Below are positions 23,254 through 32,992 of a stretch of 64,000 nt of DNA, piece after piece. A model generated the notes under the pieces. It saw nothing but the letters and a program-made list of their open reading frames with translations, was not told where the DNA came from and did not search any database. The stretch comes from Thecamonas trahens ATCC 50062. Lineage: Eukaryota > Protista > Apusomonadida. Positions within the stretch are counted from its first letter, which is position 1. The number at the start of each line of letters is the position of its first letter. A program made the position numbers and the translations under genes. The stretch lies in contig NW_013657679.1 in assembly GCF_000142905.1 (NCBI RefSeq), positions 2,657 to 66,656 of the forward strand, in the 5' to 3' direction.

Positions 23254-25468
23254 ATGGACTCTGCCCTTCAAAAGGCCATTTCCAAGGGAGCCAAGTTGAA
23301 GAAGGTCGAGACCAATGACCGGTCACAGGCGGCAGGTACGCAAGGCCACTGACATGCCCCTACACACTCCGTCCACACACAAACATGCCCACATGCTACA
23401 TAGTGATTATCCCCCCCCTGCCTTTCTCCCCCCTCCCCTCCCCCCTCCCGTGACTGCTTGCCCCCCCCCCCACCCGCCCGGCCCGACTTGTCAGGCACGC
23501 GTGGCAGGTCGTTCAACCCCCGCAGCAGTGATACTCATGCAATGTTGTTGATGATGCGATGGGCGAGAGGGTGTAGTGGGTGGAAGAGTCATTGATGAGT
23601 CGTCGGCAAAGTCCTCGTCTTCACAGCCAAAGCCTCCGCCGCCCCCGGCTTCCTCGTCTGGTCCGCCGCCGCCGCCGCCTTCGGCCCCGCCGATGAAGCT
23701 GCCAGGCATGGCCCCGCCACCGCCGCCTGCTCCTGCATCGGCTGCATCTCCGCCGCCGCCACCGCCACCGTCTGCTCCGGCTCCGGCTGCGTCTCAGTCG
23801 ACATCGCCGCCGCCGCCACCACCACCATCTGCGTCGTCGTCGTCGCCATCCGCAGCTGCTCGTGCGGGCGCGTCGTCGTCGTCGCCATCCGCAGCTGCTC
23901 GTGCGGGCGCGTCGTCGTCGGGCGCGCGCAAGGTCGAGGCGCTGTACGACTACAAAGCCGAAAACGACGACGATCTGGCGATGTTCCAGGGCGACATGGT
24001 GACAGTTCTGGAAGAGCCCGACGAGGACGGGTGGATGAAGGGCGCGCTGGGCGGAAAGGAGGGCTACTTTCCGGCGTCTTACGTCAAGGACGTGCCCGGG
24101 AGCGGAGCGCCGGGCGCAAGTCCTGGCAAAAGCAAGGCAGATGCGGCGCGGCCTGACTCGACGTACGACGAGCTGTTTGGCGACGACGAGAAGCTGGACA
24201 ATGAGTTTGCGACCATGTTTGACGACTCGCAGAGCAACGCGAGTGAGGCTGGGGCCTCGGGTGGCCTTATGAGCATCGACGCCGGCGTGGCAACGTCGAC
24301 GCTCGATTTCGGCTCGGAAGTTGTTCACGTTCACAACTCGAACCTCGCCGCCGAGGACAAGCTCGCCATCGATGACACCCACTGGTGGGAGCCGCGGGAG
24401 AAGTTCTACTCGGTGACTGTCGAGCAGCCGGAGACCAAGAAGAAGACGTTTGGCAAGAACAAGGAGCTATACGCGGTGGCAACGCCGGCCAAGGGATGGC
24501 GGCAGGTCCGCGCCATCCGCAGCTGCTCGTGCGGGCGCGTCGTCGTCGGGCGCGCGCAAGGTCGAGGCGCTGTGTTCAGCAAGGGCAAGCCGTCTGCTCA
24601 CTTTCCGGTCGATCCGGCAGAGGACCGGCGGCGCCAGCTCGAGCGCTTCCTGCTCGAGGTCACCCGCCATCCTGTTCTCCGGGCCGCGCCGGCGCTGCGC
24701 CACTTTCTAGGCATGGCTGCCGATGGCTCCAAGTCGACCCGCAAGGCGTTCAAAGAGTCGCGGCGTAACATCGAGCGCGACCCGCTCGTCGGCAAGGCCT
24801 TCATCACTCGAGTGGCGGTCTACACCGACCCCAACTCCGCCGCCGGCTACAACTACATTGACGAGTACACCATGGGCTCCAACATGGCCACGCCGCTCCT
24901 CGCCGCGATCGAGGCCGCGTCGATCTCGGTCGGAAATGCGCAGCAGGTCTCGGCAGCCTCACTCAACGCCCTCGGCAAGGCGCTCAACACCTACCAGCAC
25001 CCGGCCGACTCGCAGTCGCTCAAGACCGCCATCAAGGCCGTCGGCTCGGCCGCGTGTGAGACCGCCAAGCTCGAGAATGCGCACGCCACCGCCGAGAACG
25101 TCCTCATCCGCCGTATCCGCTCCGAGCACGGCGAACTCAAGAAGCAAGCCAAGGTCGCCGCTCTCGAATCCAAAACCCGCCGCAAGTTTGTCTCGGCCGT
25201 CCTCAAGCTGCAGAAGAAGGGCATCGAGGCCACCGCCCAGCAGCGCCAGGACACCCTCGCTCTCGGCGGCCTCATGCGCGCTCAGGCCTCAGTCTCGCTC
25301 GCAGAACTCCACCATCGCCAGCACACCAAGAACATCGACTTTAAGGCTGACCTCGCCCGCTACGCCGAGCTCCAGATCGAGTTTTACGAAGCCATGGCTG
25401 CCGAGTGGAAGAAGGCTGCCGGCGTCGTCGCCGAGATCGACGCCGACGACTCGTGGTTCCAGGAGTAG
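23254..25468 (+). CDS. SNX9/18/33-like sorting nexin (SH3-PX-BAR) with N-terminal WH2 and polyproline region (intron 23336..23576)
   Basis: Exon 1 MDSALQKAISKGAKLKKVETNDRSQAA is WH2-like, and gtacgc...gtgtag joins it in frame. SH3 ALYDYKAENDDDL..GWMKG..GYFPASYV; PX C-terminus EDRRRQLERFLLEVTRHPVLR..LRHFL; BAR end DFKADLARYAELQIEFYE. Confidence 0.85.
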
Positions 25469-25737
25469 ACACCGCACCACCGCGATATGCCCACCGCACC
25501 ACCTCCACTGTGACCACAGTGGTGGTATTGAACCTATCAGATCGCAAGTCGCTTGCCCACAATCCGTTGCCAAACACCACGCCGATCGTGTTGCGCAACA
25601 AACGAGAGCACTCGTTCGCACCCGCCCGTCTGCCGGCACGGCTCCATATGCACGCGCACACACACGCCACGCACACACACAGAAGCCACACCCCACTCAC
25701 CCACCACAACCACAACAGCCTTCTGCACACTCACACC

Positions 25738-26760
25738 ATGTCCCGACCGCCGCCTCCACCTCCGAACACAAGCCGTGCGGCACCGCCACCGCCGCCGGGA
25801 CGTGGGGCTGAGCTGGAGGTCAAGGGAGATACGACATGGGGACACACCGATGGAGGTGTTGGTGGTGGTATGACGGAAGTGGGAGGTGGAAGTCTGCCGG
25901 CGTACCAGTCTGGGACTGGATATCCAGAGATGGGATCGAGGAAGAGCCTGGCCTTTGCCAACCCAAGAGCCGTCAATCTCAAGCCGTTTGTGTGGACAGG
26001 CAGGCTGTTCTCGCTGCTCCTGCTCATCACCTCCATCGCTGTCCTCATCTGGTTCTCCACACAAGCTGGCAATGCCCAGCAAGACGTCAAGAACTTTGTC
26101 AACAAGGACTCGATGCAGATCATCGGCATGATCCTCTTGCTCTGGCTCTCGTTTCTCGGCACGGTCGTCATGTCGCCGCCCAAGCTTGTCTTTACCGGCA
26201 TCGGCGGCTTTCTCTTTGGCTACGTCTACTCGGTCCTTATTGTCTGGCTGGGGGCCATGCTCGGCCGCGCCGTCACCTACTTTCTCGGCACCGACGTCTT
26301 GCTCGACTCGATCGTCACCGTCTCCAACAACTATCCGTTCTTCAAGCGCGGCTGGGTCCAGATCATGGCCGCTCGCGAGACGTCGCTTTCGACCAAGGCT
26401 GGCCTCATCGTTGCTCTTCGCATGTCCAGCCTCTTTCCCGACGCGCTGCTCAACTACGCCGTCGCCATGACCCCGCTGCCGTTTATCCTCTGGTGGCTGG
26501 TGGTTGGCGGCTACACTGCCGCCATGTACACGCTGTATGGCTTCTGGGGCACGACCCTCGACTCGATCGTCAGCTCCATCTACCGTAAGAAGGCTCCCAG
26601 CGGCACTTTTTGGCTCTACGCCATTCTCGCCGTCCTCTTCACCGCCGCCTACATCGTCATCGCCAAGCTGGCCTCCAAGTGGCTCAACCGCGAGCTCGAG
26701 AACTATGCCGTGACCCATCCCGAGGCATCTGGCCTGCCTGCGCCTCAAACCGCCGTCTGA
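25738..26760 (+). CDS. VTT/DedA-family (Tvp38/TMEM64-like, SNARE-associated Golgi) membrane protein
   Basis: GGFLFGYVYSVLIVWLGAMLGRAVTYFLG..ALRMSSLFPDALLNYAVAMT matches the VTT domain pattern; Pro-rich N-terminus. Confidence 0.85.
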   Translation: MSRPPPPPPNTSRAAPPPPPGRGAELEVKGDTTWGHTDGGVGGGMTEVGGGSLPAYQSGTGYPEMGSRKSLAFANPRAVNLKPFVWTGRLFSLLLLITSIAVLIWFSTQAGNAQQDVKNFVNKDSMQIIGMILLLWLSFLGTVVMSPPKLVFTGIGGFLFGYVYSVLIVWLGAMLGRAVTYFLGTDVLLDSIVTVSNNYPFFKRGWVQIMAARETSLSTKAGLIVALRMSSLFPDALLNYAVAMTPLPFILWWLVVGGYTAAMYTLYGFWGTTLDSIVSSIYRKKAPSGTFWLYAILAVLFTAAYIVIAKLASKWLNRELENYAVTHPEASGLPAPQTAV

Positions 26761-26802
26761 TAAACGTGCGTTTGAGCCGCGCAAGGCAATACCAGCTGCA
26801 GC

Positions 26803-27340
26803 TCACGCTGCGTACGCCCCATGCACGATGCCTGATCGGCCCCGCCCCGAGCCGGTGCGTGTGATGATGACGACGAGCCGGTGCGTGTGATGATGACGAC
26901 GACCCGGGTCAGGCACTGCCATCCGCATCTCAAGCCTTGCTTGCACGTCCTCGATCACATCCTCCGTCATCCCCTCGTCATCGATGACGTCGTCGTCGTC
27001 GTTGTCGTCGTCGTCATCGATGACGTCGTCGTCGTCGTTGTCGTCGTCGTCATCGGTCCACGCCGCAGCGTAGTACTCCCAGTTCTGCGCCATACTTGCG
27101 CATGTCGGCCTCGATCTGCGCCTGCCGCGCCCCTTCATCATCCTCGTCGTCATCATCGTCATCACCACTTCCGCCGCGACGCAGTGACGCGTCCTCGGGA
27201 TGCGCCAGCTCGTACTCGTGGACGCAAGTGAGCGAAGCCCGCAGCGCATCGAAGCACGGCGTCTCCCGCATCGAGTCCAAGCATGGGCAGTCCCAGTTGA
27301 TACCGCCGTCCTCGTTCACCGCCTCGCTCGGCACTGCCAT
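26803..27340 (-). CDS. MIA40: Mia40/CHCHD4-like IMS oxidoreductase (probable frameshift at ~27093; both ends uncertain)
   Basis: DGGINWDCPCL is the Mia40 CPC motif, followed by CX9C (CFDALRASLTC). MAQNWEYY and an acidic tail continue in another frame. Confidence 0.7.
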
Positions 27341-27730
27341 GACGCACACCGGAGAGATGAGTGGCTGAGCGAGAGCCGCGAATGCCGCCCGCTGCCGGCT
27401 GCCCGCCGTCTGCTCCCGCCCAATGATCTACACTCTCTACCACACGACAGCAAGAAGCCCCAAATCAATCAAAGACACTCGCGGCCCTCCCCATCACCAT
27501 ACCTACCTCATGTTGCCCTTGATTCGCTCACCTGCTCATCCTGATGAAAATCGTGGCTGGGAACGTCGCCACATGTTCACTATGTCACCGAGATCGGATC
27601 ATGTTTTCTGATCTTTTGTTCTGGCTTTCACACACTCGCGGTCATCGTCTGCTCAATCCATCGGGCTGCTCTCCCTCTACCAGCCTCATCACGGGCAATG
27701 TGGAAGCATACACCCTCGCAACTCTTGTTT

Positions 27731-29019
27731 TTACTTCCGCTTGGCCCGCTTGGACATCTTCTGCTGCTTGTCGCGCATCTTAAAGGTATGATCATTGAGG
27801 CGCTGGCGCTCGCGGTCGTGGGCGACCTGGTACATGTTGACGGCGCGGGACATGTCGATGCCGTCGTTGACCTTGACCTTCTTGTTGACGACGCGGTCAG
27901 CCACCTTTGCCAGCTTCTCCTTCTCGACGCCCTCGGCGCCGGTGACGGGCAGCTTCCGGCGCTTGGCCGACTTGAGCTTGGACTTGCGCTGGTTGCGGAC
28001 CTTGTTGTCAAACTTGCCGTACGAGGCCGTGGAGACAGCCTGGACGGAGATGGCTGCGCGGAGCTGGTCTGTGGAGAGCTTCTCGCCGTGCATCTGGGTG
28101 ACGAGCTCGCCCTGCGGGATCGACTTGCCGCCCTTCTTGCCGCGCTTGGTGCGGACAACGCCCGACGAGCCTGCCAGCGACTTGCCGGCCTTGCGCAGCA
28201 TGTTGCGCTCCTCGTTCTTCTTCTGCTTCTCCACCCGCGCCTTCTTCTCCTTCTTGCGCCGCGAGAAGACCTCCTCAGCCGTGGCGTTGTCGCCGTCCTT
28301 GAGCTCGACCACCCACTCGGACTTGGCCTCCATGTCGGCCTTGGACTTGTATCCGTACCGCGGGATGTAGTCGCCAACCTCCTCGTCGAACACCATCTTG
28401 CTCCGCTTGCGCTTCTTGATGCCCTTGATCCGGGCAAACTCCTCCCACCGGGTCGGCTTGCGGGGCTCGGGCGCCTTGCGTGCCCGCGGCAGGCGAGTCG
28501 TCTTCTCCGGCAGCTCCACCAGCGTTGCCCGATCATGCGACTTGGACGGCAGCTCAAACAGGGCATTCACCATCAGCTGCACATTATCCCGAGAGAGCTC
28601 CTCCAGTGCCTTCTTTGACCTCGACTCGATGGGCGTGGTATCAAATGCCGTCAGATTGCCCAGGTCCATCTCCAACGGGAACTCCTTCTCCACATCCGTT
28701 GACTTGCTATCCTCCACCCATGTCATGCCATGTCATACATTCATTTCTCTCTCCATGAGTCCTCCCTCTGCCATGTCTCCCCTGCCCCCCCCCCTCGCCC
28801 CCCCCCCCCTGCTCCCTCCCCGCTCCCTGGTATCCAAAGATTAGAGATGGCCCTCTCAACCCATCCCATCACAAGTGGCCACCAGCCATACTACACCCGC
28901 CGCGCACCAGGCCACACCATGGAGAATAGAGCCATGTAAGGGAAGGGATTACATGGAATGCCTTCATCTTCTACGTACTACTTGGCCTTAGCCTTGGCAA
29001 GAATCGCCGACACGTCCAT
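27731..29019 (-). CDS. RRS1: Ribosome biogenesis regulatory protein RRS1 (intron 28707..28978)
   Basis: DLGNLTAFD..RDNVQLMVNALFELP..LPRARKAP..TRWEEFARIKGIKK..STASYGKFD. Exon 1 MDVSAILAKAKAKY joins in frame via gtacgt...gatag. Confidence 0.93.
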
Positions 29020-29582
29020 TGTGGCGGGGGCAAGTCAAGTCGATGCTGCAGCTGCTGGCGACTGCTAGTCGGCCTGATCAGTCGAGCGAGCCGACCACAG
29101 CCCCTCTCCCCCCCCACGTCTGCCACAGCCACGATCATGCACAAGTTCTTGGGTATGGACCCGATTACATCCCCTCCCTCTCTCATCTCCTTCTTCTCCC
29201 CGTCACATCATTCTCCTTTCATTTCCTCTCCTCTGGTCATCCCCTTGCCCACAATCAGACGGCAATCGCCATCATCCCAGCCGTCGCCGCTCTCCCCTCC
29301 CCCCACTCCCCCTCTTTCACGTTCCCCTCCGACTCCATCGATATACTCTCCAGCCCGCTTGATCACCTCGCACAACCATCCACCCTCACCACCACCAAAA
29401 CTCTACCATATACGATCCGTCCCCCCCTTGCCCGATCCCGATCCCCACCCCCATCAACCCCCCCCCCCCCCCCCCCCCTCCCACTGGGATCGATCCGAAA
29501 CGGACCATCTCGGCTCATCCATCCGCGGGCGGAGGAGGGAGCGAGTGACGACAGCACCGCACGTGGGTAAGTCGGGGGGAGT

Positions 29583-31979
29583 ATGTCTGGACATAGGCCA
29601 ACGTTGAAGCATGTGCACAAGCCCTTCAAGTCGTCGCATCGGACAAAGTCTGCTATCAAGAGGGCTTCTAGCTCGTTGAAGAACATGACGAGGAACTCGG
29701 TGAGGTCGGGGACCGGCTCACTTGCTGCCGACTACAAGGCCAATCGGAGGAACGCCTCTGCCCAAGCACGCAAGGCCAAGAAGGCCAAGAATGCCGTGAC
29801 CAAGCGAGCTGGAACTGTTTCGGGTCCGCCGCGTGTGGTTCTTCTCCTTCCGCTCTCGCCCGAGCCTGGTGTCGGCACTCTTGATCTCCTCACCGCCCTG
29901 CTCGGGCCGTCGGTCCAGGGCCCGGATGTGCTCAAGACCGCCCTGCCTGTACTGGGTGCGCCGGTGACGGTGACCTATGAGGCGCTCAAGGCGCGGATCA
30001 CGTACATTGTGGCACCGACCGAGTCGCCCATCGAGCTGCTGGATGCGCTGCGCGCTGCTGATGTCGTTGTGCCTGTCGTCGACGCCCTGGTTGGCGTCGA
30101 CGACGATGCCCAGCTGCTGGTGTCGATGATGCTGGCGCAGGGCATGCCGACCGCGCTTCCGGTCCTTCGCAACCTCGAGCTTGTCGGCGGGCCGGCTAAG
30201 AACAAGTCGAAGACCCGCAAGGCCTTCAACCGGTTCATCTCGTCCAAGCTCGGGCCAGACGTCTCGTTCCACGTCCTCGACTCGGACGCCGCTGGTATCC
30301 GCTTCCTCCAGCTCCTCTCCAAGAGCAAGCTTCGTCGCATCCAGTGGCGCGACGCCCGCCCGTACCTGATGGCCGAGGCTGTGGCCTACGACGATGCCTC
30401 GCGCAAGCTCCGCATCAGCGGCTACCTCCGCGGCTCGCCGCTCTCGCCGAACCAGCTCGTTCATCTCCCGGGCAAGGGCACCTACCGCATCTCGGCCATT
30501 TACGAGGCGCCTGACCCTGTGCCGCTCAACCGGGCCCAGGCCCGCATGTCGGCCGAGCCGATGGCGGGCAGCGCCGAGGGCTATGCTCTCCTTGCCACCG
30601 CGGACGAGGCCAAGCTCCATCCGATGGAGCAGCTGCTCCCGCCTGAGGTCAACGAGGAGGAGGACGAGCTTGCGGCGCGGATGGCCGACTTTGACGACGA
30701 CGACGGCGGCCTGCCTGACCCGTTCGGCGACTCGGGCTCCGACGACGGCCGCCCGGGCCTGCACTCGGCCTCGCGCGGCGCCAAGGCTATCGACCACATC
30801 AACGTTGTCCGCGCCGAGATCCAGTCGGACTGGGAGGCGTTTGTCGGCCTCGGGCCGGCCAACGACAGCGACAACGATGACGGCGAGGGCGTCGGCGCTG
30901 GCGCCGGTGCGGCCGGCGGTTCGGACGCAAGCGGCTCGGACGGCGAGTCGGACGACGACGAGCGCCCGCTCAACCCGGTCGAGGCCCTCGCCGCCCGGCA
31001 GGCCGAGGACTTTGAGTGGCCCGACGAGTTCTACGCGCCGCGGGCCCCGCTGTGCAAGGACCTCTTCCGCGAGTACCGCGGGCTCAAGAGCTTCACCAAC
31101 TCGCCGTGGGATCCGTACGAGAACCTGCCGACCGAGTACTCGCAGATCTACGACTTTGAATCGTTCCCTCGGACGCAGAACGAGGTGCTTGACGAGGTCG
31201 AGAACGACGGCGTCGGCCTCGACGCGTACATTGTGATCGAGCTCGACGACGTGCCGCCGTCGGTCATGGCCTCGCTCACACCGACGGGCGTGCTCGTTGC
31301 CTTTGGCCTCTTCCGCTACGAGCGCCAGTTCTCGGTCCTCCACATGTCGGTCTCGCGCCACGCCTCGTTTGACGCCCCGCACGCCTCGGGTTCGCCGCTC
31401 ATGGTCATGGTCGGCTTCCGCATGCTTGAGGCCGCGCCGCTGTTCTCATCAGACAATCCCAAGTGCGCCAAGGCCAAGTTTGAGCGCTTCCTTCAGCCAG
31501 GCCGCACACTCACGGCCTCGATCTACGGCCCGATCGTGTTTGGCCCCTCCATGCCTGTCTTTATGTTCCGCCTCAACGCCGACTCGCCCGTCCCGCAGCT
31601 CGTCGCCACCGGCTCGGTGGCCTCGATTAACCCGCAGAAGCTCATCATCAAGCGCATCGTCCTTATTGGCGAGCCGTTCCACATCCACAAGTCGCGCGCC
31701 ACCGTCCGCCGCATGTTCTACTCGCCCGAGGACATCCGCTACTTTAAGAAGATCGAGTGCTACACCAAGTACGGCCGCCGCGGCCACATTACCGACTCGA
31801 TCGGCACCCATGGATACATGAAGATGCAGTTTGATGGTGTCCTCGACGCCCGCGACACCATCTGCCTCCCGCTCTTCACCCGCCTCTTCCCGCGCAACAA
31901 CACCCGCATTATCGATGCCGACACCGTCCTCGAGCCGCAGGACCAGGTCATCGAAGCCACTGCCCTCTCGCAGTACTAG
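29583..31979 (+). CDS. TSR1: Pre-rRNA-processing protein TSR1 (40S biogenesis, BMS1/TSR1 family)
   Basis: HKPFKSSH, WRDARPYL, GYLRG..NQLVHLPG.G, FREYRGLKSF..SPWDPYENLP, TKYGRRGHITDSIGTHGYMKMQFDG. Confidence 0.95.
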   Translation: MSGHRPTLKHVHKPFKSSHRTKSAIKRASSSLKNMTRNSVRSGTGSLAADYKANRRNASAQARKAKKAKNAVTKRAGTVSGPPRVVLLLPLSPEPGVGTLDLLTALLGPSVQGPDVLKTALPVLGAPVTVTYEALKARITYIVAPTESPIELLDALRAADVVVPVVDALVGVDDDAQLLVSMMLAQGMPTALPVLRNLELVGGPAKNKSKTRKAFNRFISSKLGPDVSFHVLDSDAAGIRFLQLLSKSKLRRIQWRDARPYLMAEAVAYDDASRKLRISGYLRGSPLSPNQLVHLPGKGTYRISAIYEAPDPVPLNRAQARMSAEPMAGSAEGYALLATADEAKLHPMEQLLPPEVNEEEDELAARMADFDDDDGGLPDPFGDSGSDDGRPGLHSASRGAKAIDHINVVRAEIQSDWEAFVGLGPANDSDNDDGEGVGAGAGAAGGSDASGSDGESDDDERPLNPVEALAARQAEDFEWPDEFYAPRAPLCKDLFREYRGLKSFTNSPWDPYENLPTEYSQIYDFESFPRTQNEVLDEVENDGVGLDAYIVIELDDVPPSVMASLTPTGVLVAFGLFRYERQFSVLHMSVSRHASFDAPHASGSPLMVMVGFRMLEAAPLFSSDNPKCAKAKFERFLQPGRTLTASIYGPIVFGPSMPVFMFRLNADSPVPQLVATGSVASINPQKLIIKRIVLIGEPFHIHKSRATVRRMFYSPEDIRYFKKIECYTKYGRRGHITDSIGTHGYMKMQFDGVLDARDTICLPLFTRLFPRNNTRIIDADTVLEPQDQVIEATALSQY

Positions 31980-32235
31980 TCCCACACCACCCGCGCTACT
32001 TGCATCTGCCGCAGAGCGCCACTAAAAAACCATCTGGAGTAGAGCCCCCCCCCTGCAGCCATTCTGCGCAATCGGTGAAACCGCCCAACGCGAGCCATCG
32101 CCCGTCCGCCGTCCGTCGTCACGGCGTCGCGTCCGTTGGCCCTGACTCGTCCAGCCACTCGACTCGACCTTCCTCCCCCCCCCCCCCCTCCCCAGCCCCA
32201 CCTACCCACAAAGTCCAATTTCCGAGGCACACTCT

Positions 32236-32787
32236 ATGGCTGCACCTTCCTGGTGCTACGACTCGCTGACCTCGGCAATGGGCCTGGGCGATGGCGAGCT
32301 TGAGCCCGAAGTCCATTGTGCTCGCTGCGTGTGCTCGCGGTGCAGTCCGTTGGCGGCAGAGGCCAGCAGATCGATGGACGACACCGAGGTGAACCAACCC
32401 CGCTCGCCGCTGATGCGGTACGGTCCAGGCCCAACACAAAGTCCGTGGAAGGCCGAGGTAGCATCGGCGCTGGCGCTTGTTGCTGCGCTGGAGAAGGAGG
32501 CCGCTCTCGCCCGTGCCCTCCTCGACACTCCGCCACCGTCAACCTCGCCGATCCGCCGCGACAGATGCGAGTGCGCGTGTCGATGCAGGTGCAGCGGTTG
32601 TCTCTGCCGCGGCGATGCGTGCGTCAAGTTGCGTGTGGCGTGCTTACCACCGGCGTGTGTGTGCGCCTGTGCGGAACCGCTAGCAGGCGCAACGCTCCAG
32701 CGATCAGCGCCGACCTGCTCGCCGCTGCGGCCGGGCAAGACGGCTGCCGAGGCTGCAGCCGAGTCACCACGATGGCTCTCTAGATGA
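32236..32787 (+). CDS. Small hypothetical Cys-containing protein, possibly spliced
   Basis: ATG-started ORF fills the gap between TSR1 and DHTKD1. It has a short coiled segment (EVASALALVAALEKEAALARALL) but no recognisable family. Confidence 0.3.
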   Translation: MAAPSWCYDSLTSAMGLGDGELEPEVHCARCVCSRCSPLAAEASRSMDDTEVNQPRSPLMRYGPGPTQSPWKAEVASALALVAALEKEAALARALLDTPPPSTSPIRRDRCECACRCRCSGCLCRGDACVKLRVACLPPACVCACAEPLAGATLQRSAPTCSPLRPGKTAAEAAAESPRWLSR

Positions 32788-32992
32788 TGGATGATGACGC
32801 ACGTGCTTTCGCTGCCTTTGTGCCAGCCTTGGCTCGATGCTCGCTCGCTCCAATTGCCTCGCCCGGCTTGGCGGCCCTCCACTCATGGCTCGGCGGGCGG
32901 GCTAGGCAAATCTCGCTCGGCTCGGCTCTGTGGGCTAACCTAGATCGGCTCGTCTCGGGCGACTCACGTGTTTTCAACTGCAGTAAAAGACA

